From the NCBI GenBank assembly GCA_021794235.1, contig JAJYRE010000018.1:3441-67440 (forward strand): a stretch of 64,000 bases of DNA, given 5' to 3'. The notes below the pieces were generated by a model that ran no database searches, had not been told where the DNA came from, and saw only the letters and a program-made list of their open reading frames with translations. Origin of the DNA: Nanobdellota archaeon. GTDB taxonomy: Archaea > Nanobdellota > Nanobdellia > Parvarchaeales > Parvarchaeaceae. The position numbers and the translations under genes were made by a program. This document shows, one piece after another, positions 29,405 through 39,052 of the stretch (the first letter of the stretch is position 1; every line of letters begins with the position of its first letter).

Positions 29405-31111
29405 CTATCGTCTTAGTTTTAGCAGATCTTTGTAGCTAATTGTGTTTACAACGTCTTTGGAGGTAAGCCAGCCCCTTCTAGCTATCGCCGTCGATAGTCG
29501 TATGAATTTAAGATGCTCCAACCTGTGTGCATCGCTGCCGAGAGAGAACTTTATTCCCCCGTGCTCTTTGGCCCTTTTCACAAGGTCAAACGGCAGGTCT
29601 GATCTGTTTGGAAATCCGTTTATCTCTATCAACACATTGTTTTTCTCGCACGCATCAAATACTTTATCGAAATTTAGGGGCAGTGCCTCCCTCTCACCGA
29701 TCATTCTATCGGTAGGGTGGGCTATAGCGTTTATTCGTCCGCTATTTATCGCCTTTATTAGCCTGCCGGTAAGATCGGAGGGGCTCATCTTCAGGTTCTG
29801 ATGTATGGCTCCTATAACGAAGTCCATCTCCGAAAGTATCTTATTTGATAAATCTAATGACCCGTCCTTCAATATTTCTAGTTCTACACCCTTAAGTACC
29901 ATTATTTCACTCTTACTGTTGAAAGAATCGATCTTTTTATTGATTGCTCTAAACCTTTCTTCATCCAACCCGTTTGCTATCTTCAGACCCGCGCTGTGAT
30001 TAGTGAGTGCGATGTATCTCCTTCCCAGATTATGGGCGTATTCGGCAAGGTCTTCGAGACTATTAGCTCCATCACTATCTCTGGTGTGGGTGTGCAGGTC
30101 TCCGAGAATCTCATTATATTCCACGATTTTTGGGAGTTTGTGGTGCTGCGAGGCTTCTACCTCACCCATGTTCTCCCTCAACTCAGGCTGCATCATGTCT
30201 AGTCCAAGAGTTTTGTATACACCCTCCTCTGTCTGCCCGGCGATTTTCTTTGTACCTCTAAAAATACCGTACTCGTTCAGTTTCAGTCCCTTTGAGATTG
30301 CTATTTTTCTGAGTTTTATATTGTGATCCTTATTTCCGGTAAAGTACTGCATAGCAGAGCCGAATGATGCCATCTTTACTATCCTTATATCACAGCTGAG
30401 CCCGATATCTAGATCAACGGTGGTTTTTGTCGGCCCCTTTACGACGATGTTGGTAACACCCTTCATCTTAGAGAAAAGTTCCATTGCATCCTCTGGATTT
30501 GAGGAAACCGCCAGTATATCAAAATCGCCGACAGTATCCCTCATCCTCCTTGTTGAACCGGCCAACTCTACACGTTCAAACAGTTTATTCTTGCGAAGTG
30601 ATGTTACTAGGTTTTCGATGTAGTCTATAACATAGCCCAACGGCTTTCTATTCTCTTTCAGTTTCAGGAATGTATCCAGATTCTTTGCAAGTTCTTTTTC
30701 GCTCTTTTCGCCAAAGCCCTCTAAAGACATTATCTTGTGCTTCTCTATGGCGTAGGCCAAACTGTGAGTGTCCTTTATACCCAGCTTTTTGTAAAGAAGG
30801 TATGCTCTTTTTGGACCGAGGCCCCTTACTTTCCTAAACGATTCGAAATCTATAGGGTACTTCTTCTTAAGCTTCTCGTATTTACTTATCTCTCCTGTCT
30901 TTATGTACTCCTCTATGGATTTCGATATTGATTTACCTATGCCTTCAAGTTCCGTCAATCTGCCTTCGTTATAAAACACAGTGACGTCTGTGTTGAGTGT
31001 AAGGATTGTCATCGCCGCTGTCCTGTAAGCTCTAGGTTCCCACTGTACGCCCTCTATTTCGAGCATATCGGCTATATCGTAAAGCCTCTCCGCTATTTCC
31101 TGATTTGACAT
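29405..31111 (-). CDS. polX: DNA polymerase X family with C-terminal PHP phosphoesterase domain
   Basis: N-terminal HhH/pol-beta palm region and C-terminal PHP (GDLHTHTRDSDG...). 568 aa. Confidence 0.85.
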   Translation of the reverse strand: MSNQEIAERLYDIADMLEIEGVQWEPRAYRTAAMTILTLNTDVTVFYNEGRLTELEGIGKSISKSIEEYIKTGEISKYEKLKKKYPIDFESFRKVRGLGPKRAYLLYKKLGIKDTHSLAYAIEKHKIMSLEGFGEKSEKELAKNLDTFLKLKENRKPLGYVIDYIENLVTSLRKNKLFERVELAGSTRRMRDTVGDFDILAVSSNPEDAMELFSKMKGVTNIVVKGPTKTTVDLDIGLSCDIRIVKMASFGSAMQYFTGNKDHNIKLRKIAISKGLKLNEYGIFRGTKKIAGQTEEGVYKTLGLDMMQPELRENMGEVEASQHHKLPKIVEYNEILGDLHTHTRDSDGANSLEDLAEYAHNLGRRYIALTNHSAGLKIANGLDEERFRAINKKIDSFNSKSEIMVLKGVELEILKDGSLDLSNKILSEMDFVIGAIHQNLKMSPSDLTGRLIKAINSGRINAIAHPTDRMIGEREALPLNFDKVFDACEKNNVLIEINGFPNRSDLPFDLVKRAKEHGGIKFSLGSDAHRLEHLKFIRLSTAIARRGWLTSKDVVNTISYKDLLKLRR

Positions 31112-32365
31112 TTACACCCTCGAAGCAAAACGCAATATATCCGTGGCGTGCCTTATGGATTTGACATGATTCATCCTGGCAATCGATTCGCCAAAGGAAG
31201 GATTTGGTCCAAACTTTATATTGGATATAAACACGGGTATATTTGAGTTTATGTGACGTTTTAACTCTGAGGAAGTAGCGTGATCGCACGTCAAAACAAG
31301 AGTATCCCCTCCCTTCATATCTAATTTCTTAGAAAGTTCTCCTAATATTATTTTGTCAAAAGATTCTATTATACTGTACTTGTCTGTGTATTTACCCAAA
31401 TGCGATGCTGCATCCGTCTGTTTAATGTGCAGATACACCGCATCGAATTTCTTGAGGGCTGAATTTAATTTATCCGATTTGTTGTAAAAATCAGACTTTA
31501 TATCGGAGAGTTCACCGGTGTCTATTATACTCATGCCCGCCGCCATACTTATTCCCTTTTCAAGCGGCATACCGACAACTGCGGCCCAGTTTTTACCGTA
31601 CGTTTTGTTTATATCCGGTAGTTTAGGGTCCGAAACTGCACCCCCTCTTAGGAACAAAAAATTCGGCAGCTCTTCTCTACGATTTTTTCTGTCACGATAC
31701 ACTCTGGACTTCTTGATGACATCTGATGACTTAGATATAAAGTCATTTAGTAAATCCGCTGAGTACTTCGCCTCTTTCTTTAAAGCCCTTATCTTGGATA
31801 TTTTTTTACTCTTTACTGGTACAGCAAATCCTATTTTTCTACCGTTTGGATAAAATTTAGGGGAATAACCAGGTTCATTTTCGGAGATAAATGCGGATAA
31901 TTTATATTTTGTCGCACGTATAACCAGACCGGCCCTGTATCCCTCTCCTACTTTGAATTCGAAGTCAGCATCAATTTTAACCTTGCTGTTTATTTCATCC
32001 TCTAGCTCCTGCAATTCACCACTACTCATGTAAACCCTAACGTTTTTCAGGTTAGAGCCCTCGATACTTCCGAAATTAGCTCTTAGACTTAGATCGCTAT
32101 CCTTTGGATCCAGCCCAAGCCCGAGACATTCAAACCATCCTCTTCCAGTCGAATATTTGATAGGATCATAGCCGAGGTCCGCCATCACCCCGGAATCGCT
32201 CTGTGGTGCGCTTTTGCCGAGTACATTTGGATAAGCCAATGTAGAGTGTCTAAGAAAATAGTACATGTTTGGTTTGTAAGCGTATTCGAGTGGGGTCTTA
32301 CCTCCGAGATTCTTGATTGGGAGGTCAGCCAGCCCATCTATTATTATGTATACTAATTTACCCAT
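31112..32365 (-). CDS. apgM: 2,3-bisphosphoglycerate-independent phosphoglycerate mutase, archaeal type
   Basis: MGKLVYIIIDGLADLP N-terminus. 417 aa. Confidence 0.85.
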   Translation of the reverse strand: MGKLVYIIIDGLADLPIKNLGGKTPLEYAYKPNMYYFLRHSTLAYPNVLGKSAPQSDSGVMADLGYDPIKYSTGRGWFECLGLGLDPKDSDLSLRANFGSIEGSNLKNVRVYMSSGELQELEDEINSKVKIDADFEFKVGEGYRAGLVIRATKYKLSAFISENEPGYSPKFYPNGRKIGFAVPVKSKKISKIRALKKEAKYSADLLNDFISKSSDVIKKSRVYRDRKNRREELPNFLFLRGGAVSDPKLPDINKTYGKNWAAVVGMPLEKGISMAAGMSIIDTGELSDIKSDFYNKSDKLNSALKKFDAVYLHIKQTDAASHLGKYTDKYSIIESFDKIILGELSKKLDMKGGDTLVLTCDHATSSELKRHINSNIPVFISNIKFGPNPSFGESIARMNHVKSIRHATDILRFASRV

Positions 32366-33032
32366 TTATTCCAGCCATAGCTAGCTTTCTGGTTAATTCA
32401 GAAAGTCTACTGGAGGATTTCAAACTCCTATTCTGCTCCAGCAATTCTCTTAATGTATCCGAGAGCTCAATGTTCTGCTGTACGAGTTGCTTAAGCATCT
32501 TTATGAGAGTTGACAGATCATCCACAGAATAGTTTGTCTTCTCATGCGGTTCCTCGACTGGTTTTGGCTGGGTCTGTGCATAAGTTTTCTTGATAGCCTG
32601 CTGCGGTTTTTGAGCCACTGCAGACTGTTTGCGGACATATTCCTGCTGTTGTGGTTTTTGAGACGTAATGCTCTCTTTCAACTGAGTGAGTATATTGTTT
32701 ATGTGCTCAACCTGTGCGGCTTTTTCCTGAAGTGATTTGGAGGATTCTTTCAAAGATAACGCTACTTCAACCTTCTTCTGTTTTTCAGGGGGTAATGCAG
32801 CCTCTTCCTCAACCAAAGCGGTGCCGGGTTTTATCGCAGTTTTCTTCGTGGATATGGATGATTCTATACTTTCTAATTCGTGTTCAGACTTTAGTATCTC
32901 ACTGACGATGGGATTTTCTACCGCAGTAACGGTGGATTGGAGGGATTCAATGTGAATGCCCAGATCGGACTCAACTTTCTTTATTTCCATCTTCAGAGCC
33001 TCGATCTTTTCTATAAGGTCGGCGTCTTCCAT
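32358..33032 (-). CDS. hypothetical coiled-coil, Q/K/E-rich protein
   Basis: 224 aa, low complexity, immediately downstream of fibrillarin on the same strand. Confidence 0.45.
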   Translation of the reverse strand: MEDADLIEKIEALKMEIKKVESDLGIHIESLQSTVTAVENPIVSEILKSEHELESIESSISTKKTAIKPGTALVEEEAALPPEKQKKVEVALSLKESSKSLQEKAAQVEHINNILTQLKESITSQKPQQQEYVRKQSAVAQKPQQAIKKTYAQTQPKPVEEPHEKTNYSVDDLSTLIKMLKQLVQQNIELSDTLRELLEQNRSLKSSSRLSELTRKLAMAGING

Positions 33033-33091
33033 AGATAATAATATTACAAGGAGGTATTAGTACTTAACTTTTGTACGGATTACTTCTGCAG

Positions 33092-33766
33092 TTACTGCCT
33101 TTTAGTGACGAAGACAAGCGCATGATCCTTCTGGTAGGGGTATAAGTTTATAGAAGCGGTAACTTTGAAGAATTTTCCCAGTTTTTTAACCTCCTGATCT
33201 ATAACATCCCTACTGCTTGCTCTAACATCTATACTCTTTGTCTTTATCGCTATCGCAGCCGATTTTCCAGGCTTAAGAAGTGACTGTACGGCGCCTATAA
33301 ATATATCTACCTGATCCCTCTGAGATATGTCCTGATAGATAAAATCGAAATTACGAGCATCGCCAACAAGCTCCTTCACTTTTCTGGCATCGCCTATTAT
33401 AGGGAAAATGTTCTTCCTCGATTCTGCGAGAAGTATCAGTTTTATTCCCATCTCCTCTGAAAGTTCAACCGCATAGACAGAACCGTCTGCGCCGACTATG
33501 TCTGACACATGGGAAACCGTAGTGCCGGATGATGCGCCTAGATACAGTATTTTGTATCCCTTCTTGATGTCCACATTTCTGAATCCTTTATAAAAAGCGG
33601 CGGCGAGTTTGCTCCTGTCCGGTATCCATTCCCTATATTGTTGGCTTTTTATATCGAATAACTTTTCACCATAGACCTGCCTATCCCTCACCATATTAAG
33701 TGAAACGAGCGTCCTCCTGCCCTGTTTTAGCCAGTAAACATTATCTATTACGTTTAAAAGTTCCAT
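33092..33766 (-). CDS. flpA: fibrillarin-like rRNA/tRNA 2'-O-methyltransferase
   Basis: KILYLGASSGTTVSHVSDIVG SAM motif. 224 aa. Confidence 0.9.
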   Translation of the reverse strand: MELLNVIDNVYWLKQGRRTLVSLNMVRDRQVYGEKLFDIKSQQYREWIPDRSKLAAAFYKGFRNVDIKKGYKILYLGASSGTTVSHVSDIVGADGSVYAVELSEEMGIKLILLAESRKNIFPIIGDARKVKELVGDARNFDFIYQDISQRDQVDIFIGAVQSLLKPGKSAAIAIKTKSIDVRASSRDVIDQEVKKLGKFFKVTASINLYPYQKDHALVFVTKRQ

Positions 33767-34547
33767 GTTTTTTCAGATTTGCAAGTTCTTTGTTCATATC
33801 CGCTATAAGCTCCCCGGATTTGTCCTTCTTTGAAAATAAGTCCAGTTTTGCTGCCATGCTTATTTTTGATGCTATTATCCTAGCCGATCTTCCACGCAGG
33901 TCCTGATCGGCATTTTCTATCTTTTCATGCTTAAAAATTATACCGTATTTGGGATTTCTTGCTTCGCTCTGAGAGAACCTTGACTTGTCGGCACCGAGCA
34001 CCTGTATCCTAGAACTTGGCATGTATGCGAGTTTTTTTATCCCGCCGCCCATGGATATCAATCTTGCCCCGAGTTCATACCCGCAGACTTTTGTGACGTT
34101 TACATAATTTGCTAGCATTATCTGCTCCAGCCTCTCTCCAGCTATCTTTAGAAGTATATGAACGTTATGAATCTCGTTTACAACCGTGGATAAAAGCTGG
34201 AGGTCTTCGTCATCCAGATCGTAGCCCATACTATCGATGCTCATTCCAAGAGTTTTAGCGACTTCGTCCCTTGAAACCCCATGAACTGTCATATTTATGA
34301 AGGCTTCCTTCGTCTGCGATATGTTTGCCGCCTCCGGAAAATACAGGAAAAAGAGATCATACACTGCTTCGAACATAGTGTTCTCCGATTTCTCACTGGA
34401 GTCTATGAATGTTATAACCTTCCTTATCAGGTCATCTATTGAAAGGTTCCTCTTGACAGTAGACCTGGCCTTTTCTATGTAACTCGAATTATCCATAATA
34501 ATCCTAATGATTTTCAAGGTTAATATATAACCATATCTGTTGTGCAA
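33741..34547 (-). CDS. nop5: Nop5/Nop56-family C/D box snoRNP protein, NOP domain only (N-terminally minimal)
   Basis: The NOP domain is recognisable (LFFLYFPE...GARLISMGGGIKKLAYMPSSRIQVLGA...). Only ~55 aa precede it and an in-frame upstream extension is impossible. 26-nt overlap with flpA. Confidence 0.8.
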   Translation of the reverse strand: MHNRYGYILTLKIIRIIMDNSSYIEKARSTVKRNLSIDDLIRKVITFIDSSEKSENTMFEAVYDLFFLYFPEAANISQTKEAFINMTVHGVSRDEVAKTLGMSIDSMGYDLDDEDLQLLSTVVNEIHNVHILLKIAGERLEQIMLANYVNVTKVCGYELGARLISMGGGIKKLAYMPSSRIQVLGADKSRFSQSEARNPKYGIIFKHEKIENADQDLRGRSARIIASKISMAAKLDLFSKKDKSGELIADMNKELANLKKHGTFKRNR

Positions 34548-34591
34548 TACACGGATGTATTCTTAAATAGTTTGGAAAATATATCTATCTT

Positions 34592-35803
34592 ATGGTGGAT
34601 AACGTCAAAGGTCTGAGAGATTTTATCGGGAAAGAGGCTGTAATGAGGCAGGAAACTCTTAACGACATAAAAGAAATATTCAACGAATTCGGATACGAGC
34701 CGATAGAAACGCCTGCACTGGAGTACCTTTCTATATTCATAAATAAAGCTGGTCCGGAGGTGGAAGAGCAACTGTATTCGCTAGAGGACAAAAAGGGAGA
34801 GAAGCTTGCACTCAGGCCTGAACACACAATATCGAAAATGCGCGTTATATCCGGCAACAAGTCCCTTGTATTCCCTTTGAAGACATACAGTGTAGGGGCT
34901 GTCTGGAGGTATGAGGATCCGAGAAAGGGCAGATGGAGGGAGTTTATACAGGCGGATATCGATGTAGTGGGGTCTTCCAATCTCAGATACGACGCTGAAG
35001 TGATTGCGTGTTTGGATGCAGCCCTCAAAAAGATAGGAATGGGTAACTACATAATAAAGATAAGCAGCAGAAAAATACTGCAATCCATACTCGATGAACT
35101 AGACACTTCGCCGGATGCCAGTGTTCAGGTATTCAGAGAAGTAGACAAAAAAGACAAAATTGGGATAGATGAGGTTACAAATAGGGTATCGGAGCTGATA
35201 GGCGGGGAAAAAGCCGACAAGATTAGGGCATATCTATCGGAAGAGATAGTTCCTGACAATGAAGGCTACAACGAAACTAAAAAGATAATGGAGTACTTAA
35301 ACAATGAATTCGGGATAAAAAATGTAAAGTTCGACATATCGCTTGTAAGAGGTCAGGATTACTATGACGGCATGATATTTGAGATAGCCTCTATGGATGA
35401 CGCCTACAAAGGTCTAGTTTTTGCTGGAGGAGGAAGGTACGATAGACTCAGTAAAAAGTTTGAAAGCAACTTTCCCATAGTAGGCGGTTCGCTGGGATTT
35501 GATGTGATTATGGAGATATTAAAGGCAAAAACTCCTGTTGAGGACTTTGAGGAAAAATACTGCGTAATAAACATAGACAGCATGCAAAAAGCGACAGAGA
35601 TAGCAAGAAAGTTGAGGGAGAAGGGTGTAAAGACAGACCTACTATTCGAGGATGTAAGCCTTTCAAAGGGATTAAACTACTGCAATTCCAAAAAAATAAG
35701 GTACGCGGTTATAGTCGGAAAGAAGGATCTTGAGCAGGGTGTAATAACTATAAGAGACCTGAAAGAAAAAGCCGATAAAAAAGTCAAAGAGAGTGAGCTA
35801 TAA
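34592..35803 (+). CDS. hisS: histidine--tRNA ligase
   Basis: Class II motifs (LRPEHT, GGGRYDRL) and C-terminal anticodon-binding domain. 403 aa. Confidence 0.9.
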   Translation: MVDNVKGLRDFIGKEAVMRQETLNDIKEIFNEFGYEPIETPALEYLSIFINKAGPEVEEQLYSLEDKKGEKLALRPEHTISKMRVISGNKSLVFPLKTYSVGAVWRYEDPRKGRWREFIQADIDVVGSSNLRYDAEVIACLDAALKKIGMGNYIIKISSRKILQSILDELDTSPDASVQVFREVDKKDKIGIDEVTNRVSELIGGEKADKIRAYLSEEIVPDNEGYNETKKIMEYLNNEFGIKNVKFDISLVRGQDYYDGMIFEIASMDDAYKGLVFAGGGRYDRLSKKFESNFPIVGGSLGFDVIMEILKAKTPVEDFEEKYCVINIDSMQKATEIARKLREKGVKTDLLFEDVSLSKGLNYCNSKKIRYAVIVGKKDLEQGVITIRDLKEKADKKVKESEL

Positions 35804-35819
35804 ACTGATCCTATTTAGG

Positions 35820-36290
35820 TTACTTTACAGGCCCTTTTAGTACGGTGCAAACCCATCCTGCCGGGGCGGATGCTAATGCTACCTCTTTGGCTAGCAAAGC
35901 CGCCTGTTCTTCATTGCTTAGCTTATCGAGGAGTATGTATATCCCTCCCTCCTCAGTGCCGTTGTGTCCCTTTAAAACTCTTAGAAGTGCCTCTGTGTTC
36001 TTTATCACCGTGGCTTTTCCAGACTCTGACCTAAGCAGGGATTCTATTAAGTCCAGCATCTTCCATACGGACCCATGCTCCGCTTCAAGACCTTTAATTA
36101 GAACTTCGTTGCCGCTGTATACCGCTTTAAACAGATATTCCTCTTCCCAAAATATATGATTCCTTAATGATACCTTCGCCACGTGAAAGGAATCCTCATC
36201 GATGCGAGAACCGTTTTTCAGCGAATCGAGAAACTGTTTAAGGTAGAGGTCTATCCTAGCGTGATCATCAGTAAGAACTTCGTCCAGCAT
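35820..36290 (-). CDS. hemerythrin-like (HHE cation-binding) domain protein
   Basis: Spaced H/E residues across 156 aa. Weak call. Confidence 0.45.
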   Translation of the reverse strand: MLDEVLTDDHARIDLYLKQFLDSLKNGSRIDEDSFHVAKVSLRNHIFWEEEYLFKAVYSGNEVLIKGLEAEHGSVWKMLDLIESLLRSESGKATVIKNTEALLRVLKGHNGTEEGGIYILLDKLSNEEQAALLAKEVALASAPAGWVCTVLKGPVK

Positions 36291-36327
36291 ACTATAACAA
36301 CATATACAAGATATAAAAATAATCAGA

Positions 36328-36400
36328 CGCCCCGAGCGGGATTCGGACCCGCGTCAATGCCGTGACAGGGCACTATCCTAGACCACTAGACTATCGGGGC
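36328..36400 (-). tRNA. tRNA-Asp (anticodon GTC), 73 nt
   Basis: GCCCCGATAGTCTAGTGGTCTAGGATAGTGCCCTGTCACGGCATTGACGCGGGTCCGAATCCCGCTCGGGGCG with anticodon loop CTGTCAC and a 7-bp acceptor stem. Confidence 0.9.
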
Positions 36401-36454
36401 ACAATCTGATTTAATATATTAAAATGCAACCGTTATTAAATCTTTTTACAGGGC

Positions 36455-37858
36455 TTATTTTATGTTAAGTATTAAAGAGTTCGAGTTCTTCGAATATGAT
36501 TTTGTACCTAGCTTGAACTTCACAGATGCGGGCCCTAAGTTAAATCCACCGAGTATCCCTATTTTACTCTTTATTTCATACATAACTATTATCTCATCAC
36601 CCGGATTCAACTCTTCCTCCTTCCAATTAATGTGTATGCCGTCTCCCCTCTTTATTATCTTTCCTTCTTTCTGTCCTGTTATTGAGACCTTTAACGAATT
36701 TGGAGGAAGGACATCGGAGATTTCTATGGACTTAATAACAGTCCTTGAGATGTTCCTTAGCCTAAGAGCCAGTTTTACATCTATGAAACCATCAACGGCC
36801 CTGTGCTCAACGACTTCCTTAACGAATTTTACTTTCCTACTGAAAATAAGGAAACCGACTATTGCAGCTATGATAACTATGATTATTATGTAGATAGGAA
36901 GGTAGGATATTGTGTATGACAATACAACCGTCTGTCCAGGTTGCAGCAGAGAGGTGGATGGGATTATCGAACCATTCACTATACGGCCTGATGTAACTGC
37001 GGCAACGAAAAGTGAATTGAATTTCCCAACGGGAAACGCTACCTGAGACGCCTGCATAGGCGTATTACCGTTATTAGTAACTGTTATTGATCTGTTACCG
37101 CCGAATGCACCTATGTTGTTAACAGAGTTCACCTGCGTTGATGCAAATGGCTTCACTGTCATGCTTGTGGATCCTGATGAGAAAGACCCTGTGTACTTAA
37201 CGGAAAAATTAAGATTGTAGTCGCCTGGTGCTGTAGACCTATTGATTTTAAAGGTGAAAGGGAATACGTTAAGGCCGAGGGTATTTAGTGTTATGGTCCC
37301 TTTTGAAGAATACACTACCGTAGAGCCTGAAGACAGTGTATAGTTGTATGGAACGCTTACTCCAGTGGACCCGACTCCGTTAAGTATACGCGCGGTAAAA
37401 TTCACAGACTGGTATGGATATAGCGAATTCGGAGCCGTTATATTAGATATGGATACGAGTTCGGACGACTTTGGAGTTATAGGCGCATTTATCACAAAAC
37501 TCTGATTGGTTCCGTTCTCTTGATACGGGATATTTATCTGCAAAGGAGTTGAGAAGAAAACATTATTCGTAACGAAAGAAAATAGGACTATTTTTGATGA
37601 TCCGGGTGGCATAAAAAAGGATAGAGGATATGCGTTTATACTGTTGAAGTAATACCCGTAGATTACGGTGGGTATGCTTGTATGCAGAGTTATGTTTTCA
37701 CCGGATGCTCCGTTGTTGTAGAAAGTTATATTGAAGTAGGATATGCTGTTACTTGGAATAGTTATACTAGTCGGGCTTATCTGCAGCGCGTGAACAGTTC
37801 CAACCGTGAAAAATAGAACTAACACGGCTAAAACTATCTGGTACTTAAATGGCATCAT
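36455..37858 (-). CDS. secreted surface (glyco)protein, single C-terminal TM plus ~130-aa cytoplasmic tail
   Basis: Sec signal (VHA/LQ), N-x-S/T-rich ectodomain, TM helix LPIYIIIIVIIAAIVGFLIF, then a charged tail. Confidence 0.6.
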   Translation of the reverse strand: MMPFKYQIVLAVLVLFFTVGTVHALQISPTSITIPSNSISYFNITFYNNGASGENITLHTSIPTVIYGYYFNSINAYPLSFFMPPGSSKIVLFSFVTNNVFFSTPLQINIPYQENGTNQSFVINAPITPKSSELVSISNITAPNSLYPYQSVNFTARILNGVGSTGVSVPYNYTLSSGSTVVYSSKGTITLNTLGLNVFPFTFKINRSTAPGDYNLNFSVKYTGSFSSGSTSMTVKPFASTQVNSVNNIGAFGGNRSITVTNNGNTPMQASQVAFPVGKFNSLFVAAVTSGRIVNGSIIPSTSLLQPGQTVVLSYTISYLPIYIIIIVIIAAIVGFLIFSRKVKFVKEVVEHRAVDGFIDVKLALRLRNISRTVIKSIEISDVLPPNSLKVSITGQKEGKIIKRGDGIHINWKEEELNPGDEIIVMYEIKSKIGILGGFNLGPASVKFKLGTKSYSKNSNSLILNIK

Positions 37859-37897
37859 AAACTATGATAATATTTGGCAATATTTAAGCCTTAGTCC

Positions 37898-39037
37898 CTA
37901 AATCACCTTACGATACAACGAAACAAGTCTGTCTGCGGTGTTTCTGATATCAAAGTTCCTTACTACCCCGTCAAATTCGAAGCTTTTCCTTTTACTGTAA
38001 ACTTCTTCCACCTTTCCGGCTAAGTCCCATATACTGTCAGGGCTGAATTTAATCCCGCACTTCGAATAGTCTAGAAGCTCCACCTGTGCTGTTTTGTCTG
38101 GTATCAACAGCGGTACATGGTAGTATGCTGCCAGAAGGCTCACTAACGACTGTGTTTCAAACAGCGACGGGTTACAGAACATATCCGCAGCCGAATAATA
38201 GTATGATTTTAGGCCGTCCGGAATAAAACCGGGAAACTTTACAGACTTATTGTTCAGAAGTTTACTGACTCTCTTAAGGTGCTGAAGATACGGACCGCTG
38301 CCGGCCAGCACTAGCTTAGTTCTATCATCGCACACCACACTGGCTGCCCGCACCAAAAAATCGAGATTCTTCTCGTGACTTACACGCCCGAAGTAAAGTA
38401 TCACGCGATCGGTTTTTTTAATCCCCAACTTACGACGCGCGGTATCCCGGTTTATTCTCTTGAATTTGCTGAAATCTACGCCTGTGGGTATTACGTGCAC
38501 TTTGCCTATTCCATTATCGCTAAGGATGTTTTTCACAAATCGTGTAGGGGCTATAACAGCATCGCTTTTTTGGTAGAACCACTTAGTATATTTTAGCATG
38601 GCGGACTTTGCAAGGCGAACTGCGAGTTTACTGTTACCTAGATAGCCCGCTAGGGCCGATTCGGAGAATATGTATGTGTGAAAGGTGCTGACCATACCCG
38701 CGCCCGTCGATCGTTTTGCCCTCAAAGCAAACATTCCGGCACTGAACGGCGTATGAGCGTGTATTATATCGGGTTTTATCTGTCTTATATAATCGGAATA
38801 GTCTGAGCTCAAGGCGAATGTGTACTGAGGATACCGTCTGAACTTTATGCCTTTAAGGACTATCAGGTTGTGGTCTTTCTTCGCAAGCTTCTCGGTCTGT
38901 TTGTTTCCCGCTGCAAATATATAAACTTCGTGCCCTCTCCTCTCAAGCTCTCGTCTAGTTTCTATTATCGATGTTACGACGCCATCTATCGATGGGAGGT
39001 AGCTGTCCGTATAGAACGCTATTTTGAGTGTTTCCAT
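37898..39037 (-). CDS. glycosyltransferase family 4 (GT-B)
   Basis: 379 aa with a C-terminal E-x7-E-like region. Confidence 0.75.
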   Translation of the reverse strand: METLKIAFYTDSYLPSIDGVVTSIIETRRELERRGHEVYIFAAGNKQTEKLAKKDHNLIVLKGIKFRRYPQYTFALSSDYSDYIRQIKPDIIHAHTPFSAGMFALRAKRSTGAGMVSTFHTYIFSESALAGYLGNSKLAVRLAKSAMLKYTKWFYQKSDAVIAPTRFVKNILSDNGIGKVHVIPTGVDFSKFKRINRDTARRKLGIKKTDRVILYFGRVSHEKNLDFLVRAASVVCDDRTKLVLAGSGPYLQHLKRVSKLLNNKSVKFPGFIPDGLKSYYYSAADMFCNPSLFETQSLVSLLAAYYHVPLLIPDKTAQVELLDYSKCGIKFSPDSIWDLAGKVEEVYSKRKSFEFDGVVRNFDIRNTADRLVSLYRKVI

Positions 39038-39052
39038 CTATAGAAAACCTAT

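Noticed and set aside
34585-35028. 147-aa minus-strand ORF
   Set aside because: Antisense to hisS.
36183-36365. 60-aa ORF overlapping tRNA-Asp
   Set aside because: Overlaps a well-folding tRNA and the hemerythrin-like gene start. Spurious.
38051-38075. ttcgaatagtc T-loop-like string
   Set aside because: No flanking stems or acceptor pairing, and it lies inside the glycosyltransferase CDS. Not a tRNA.
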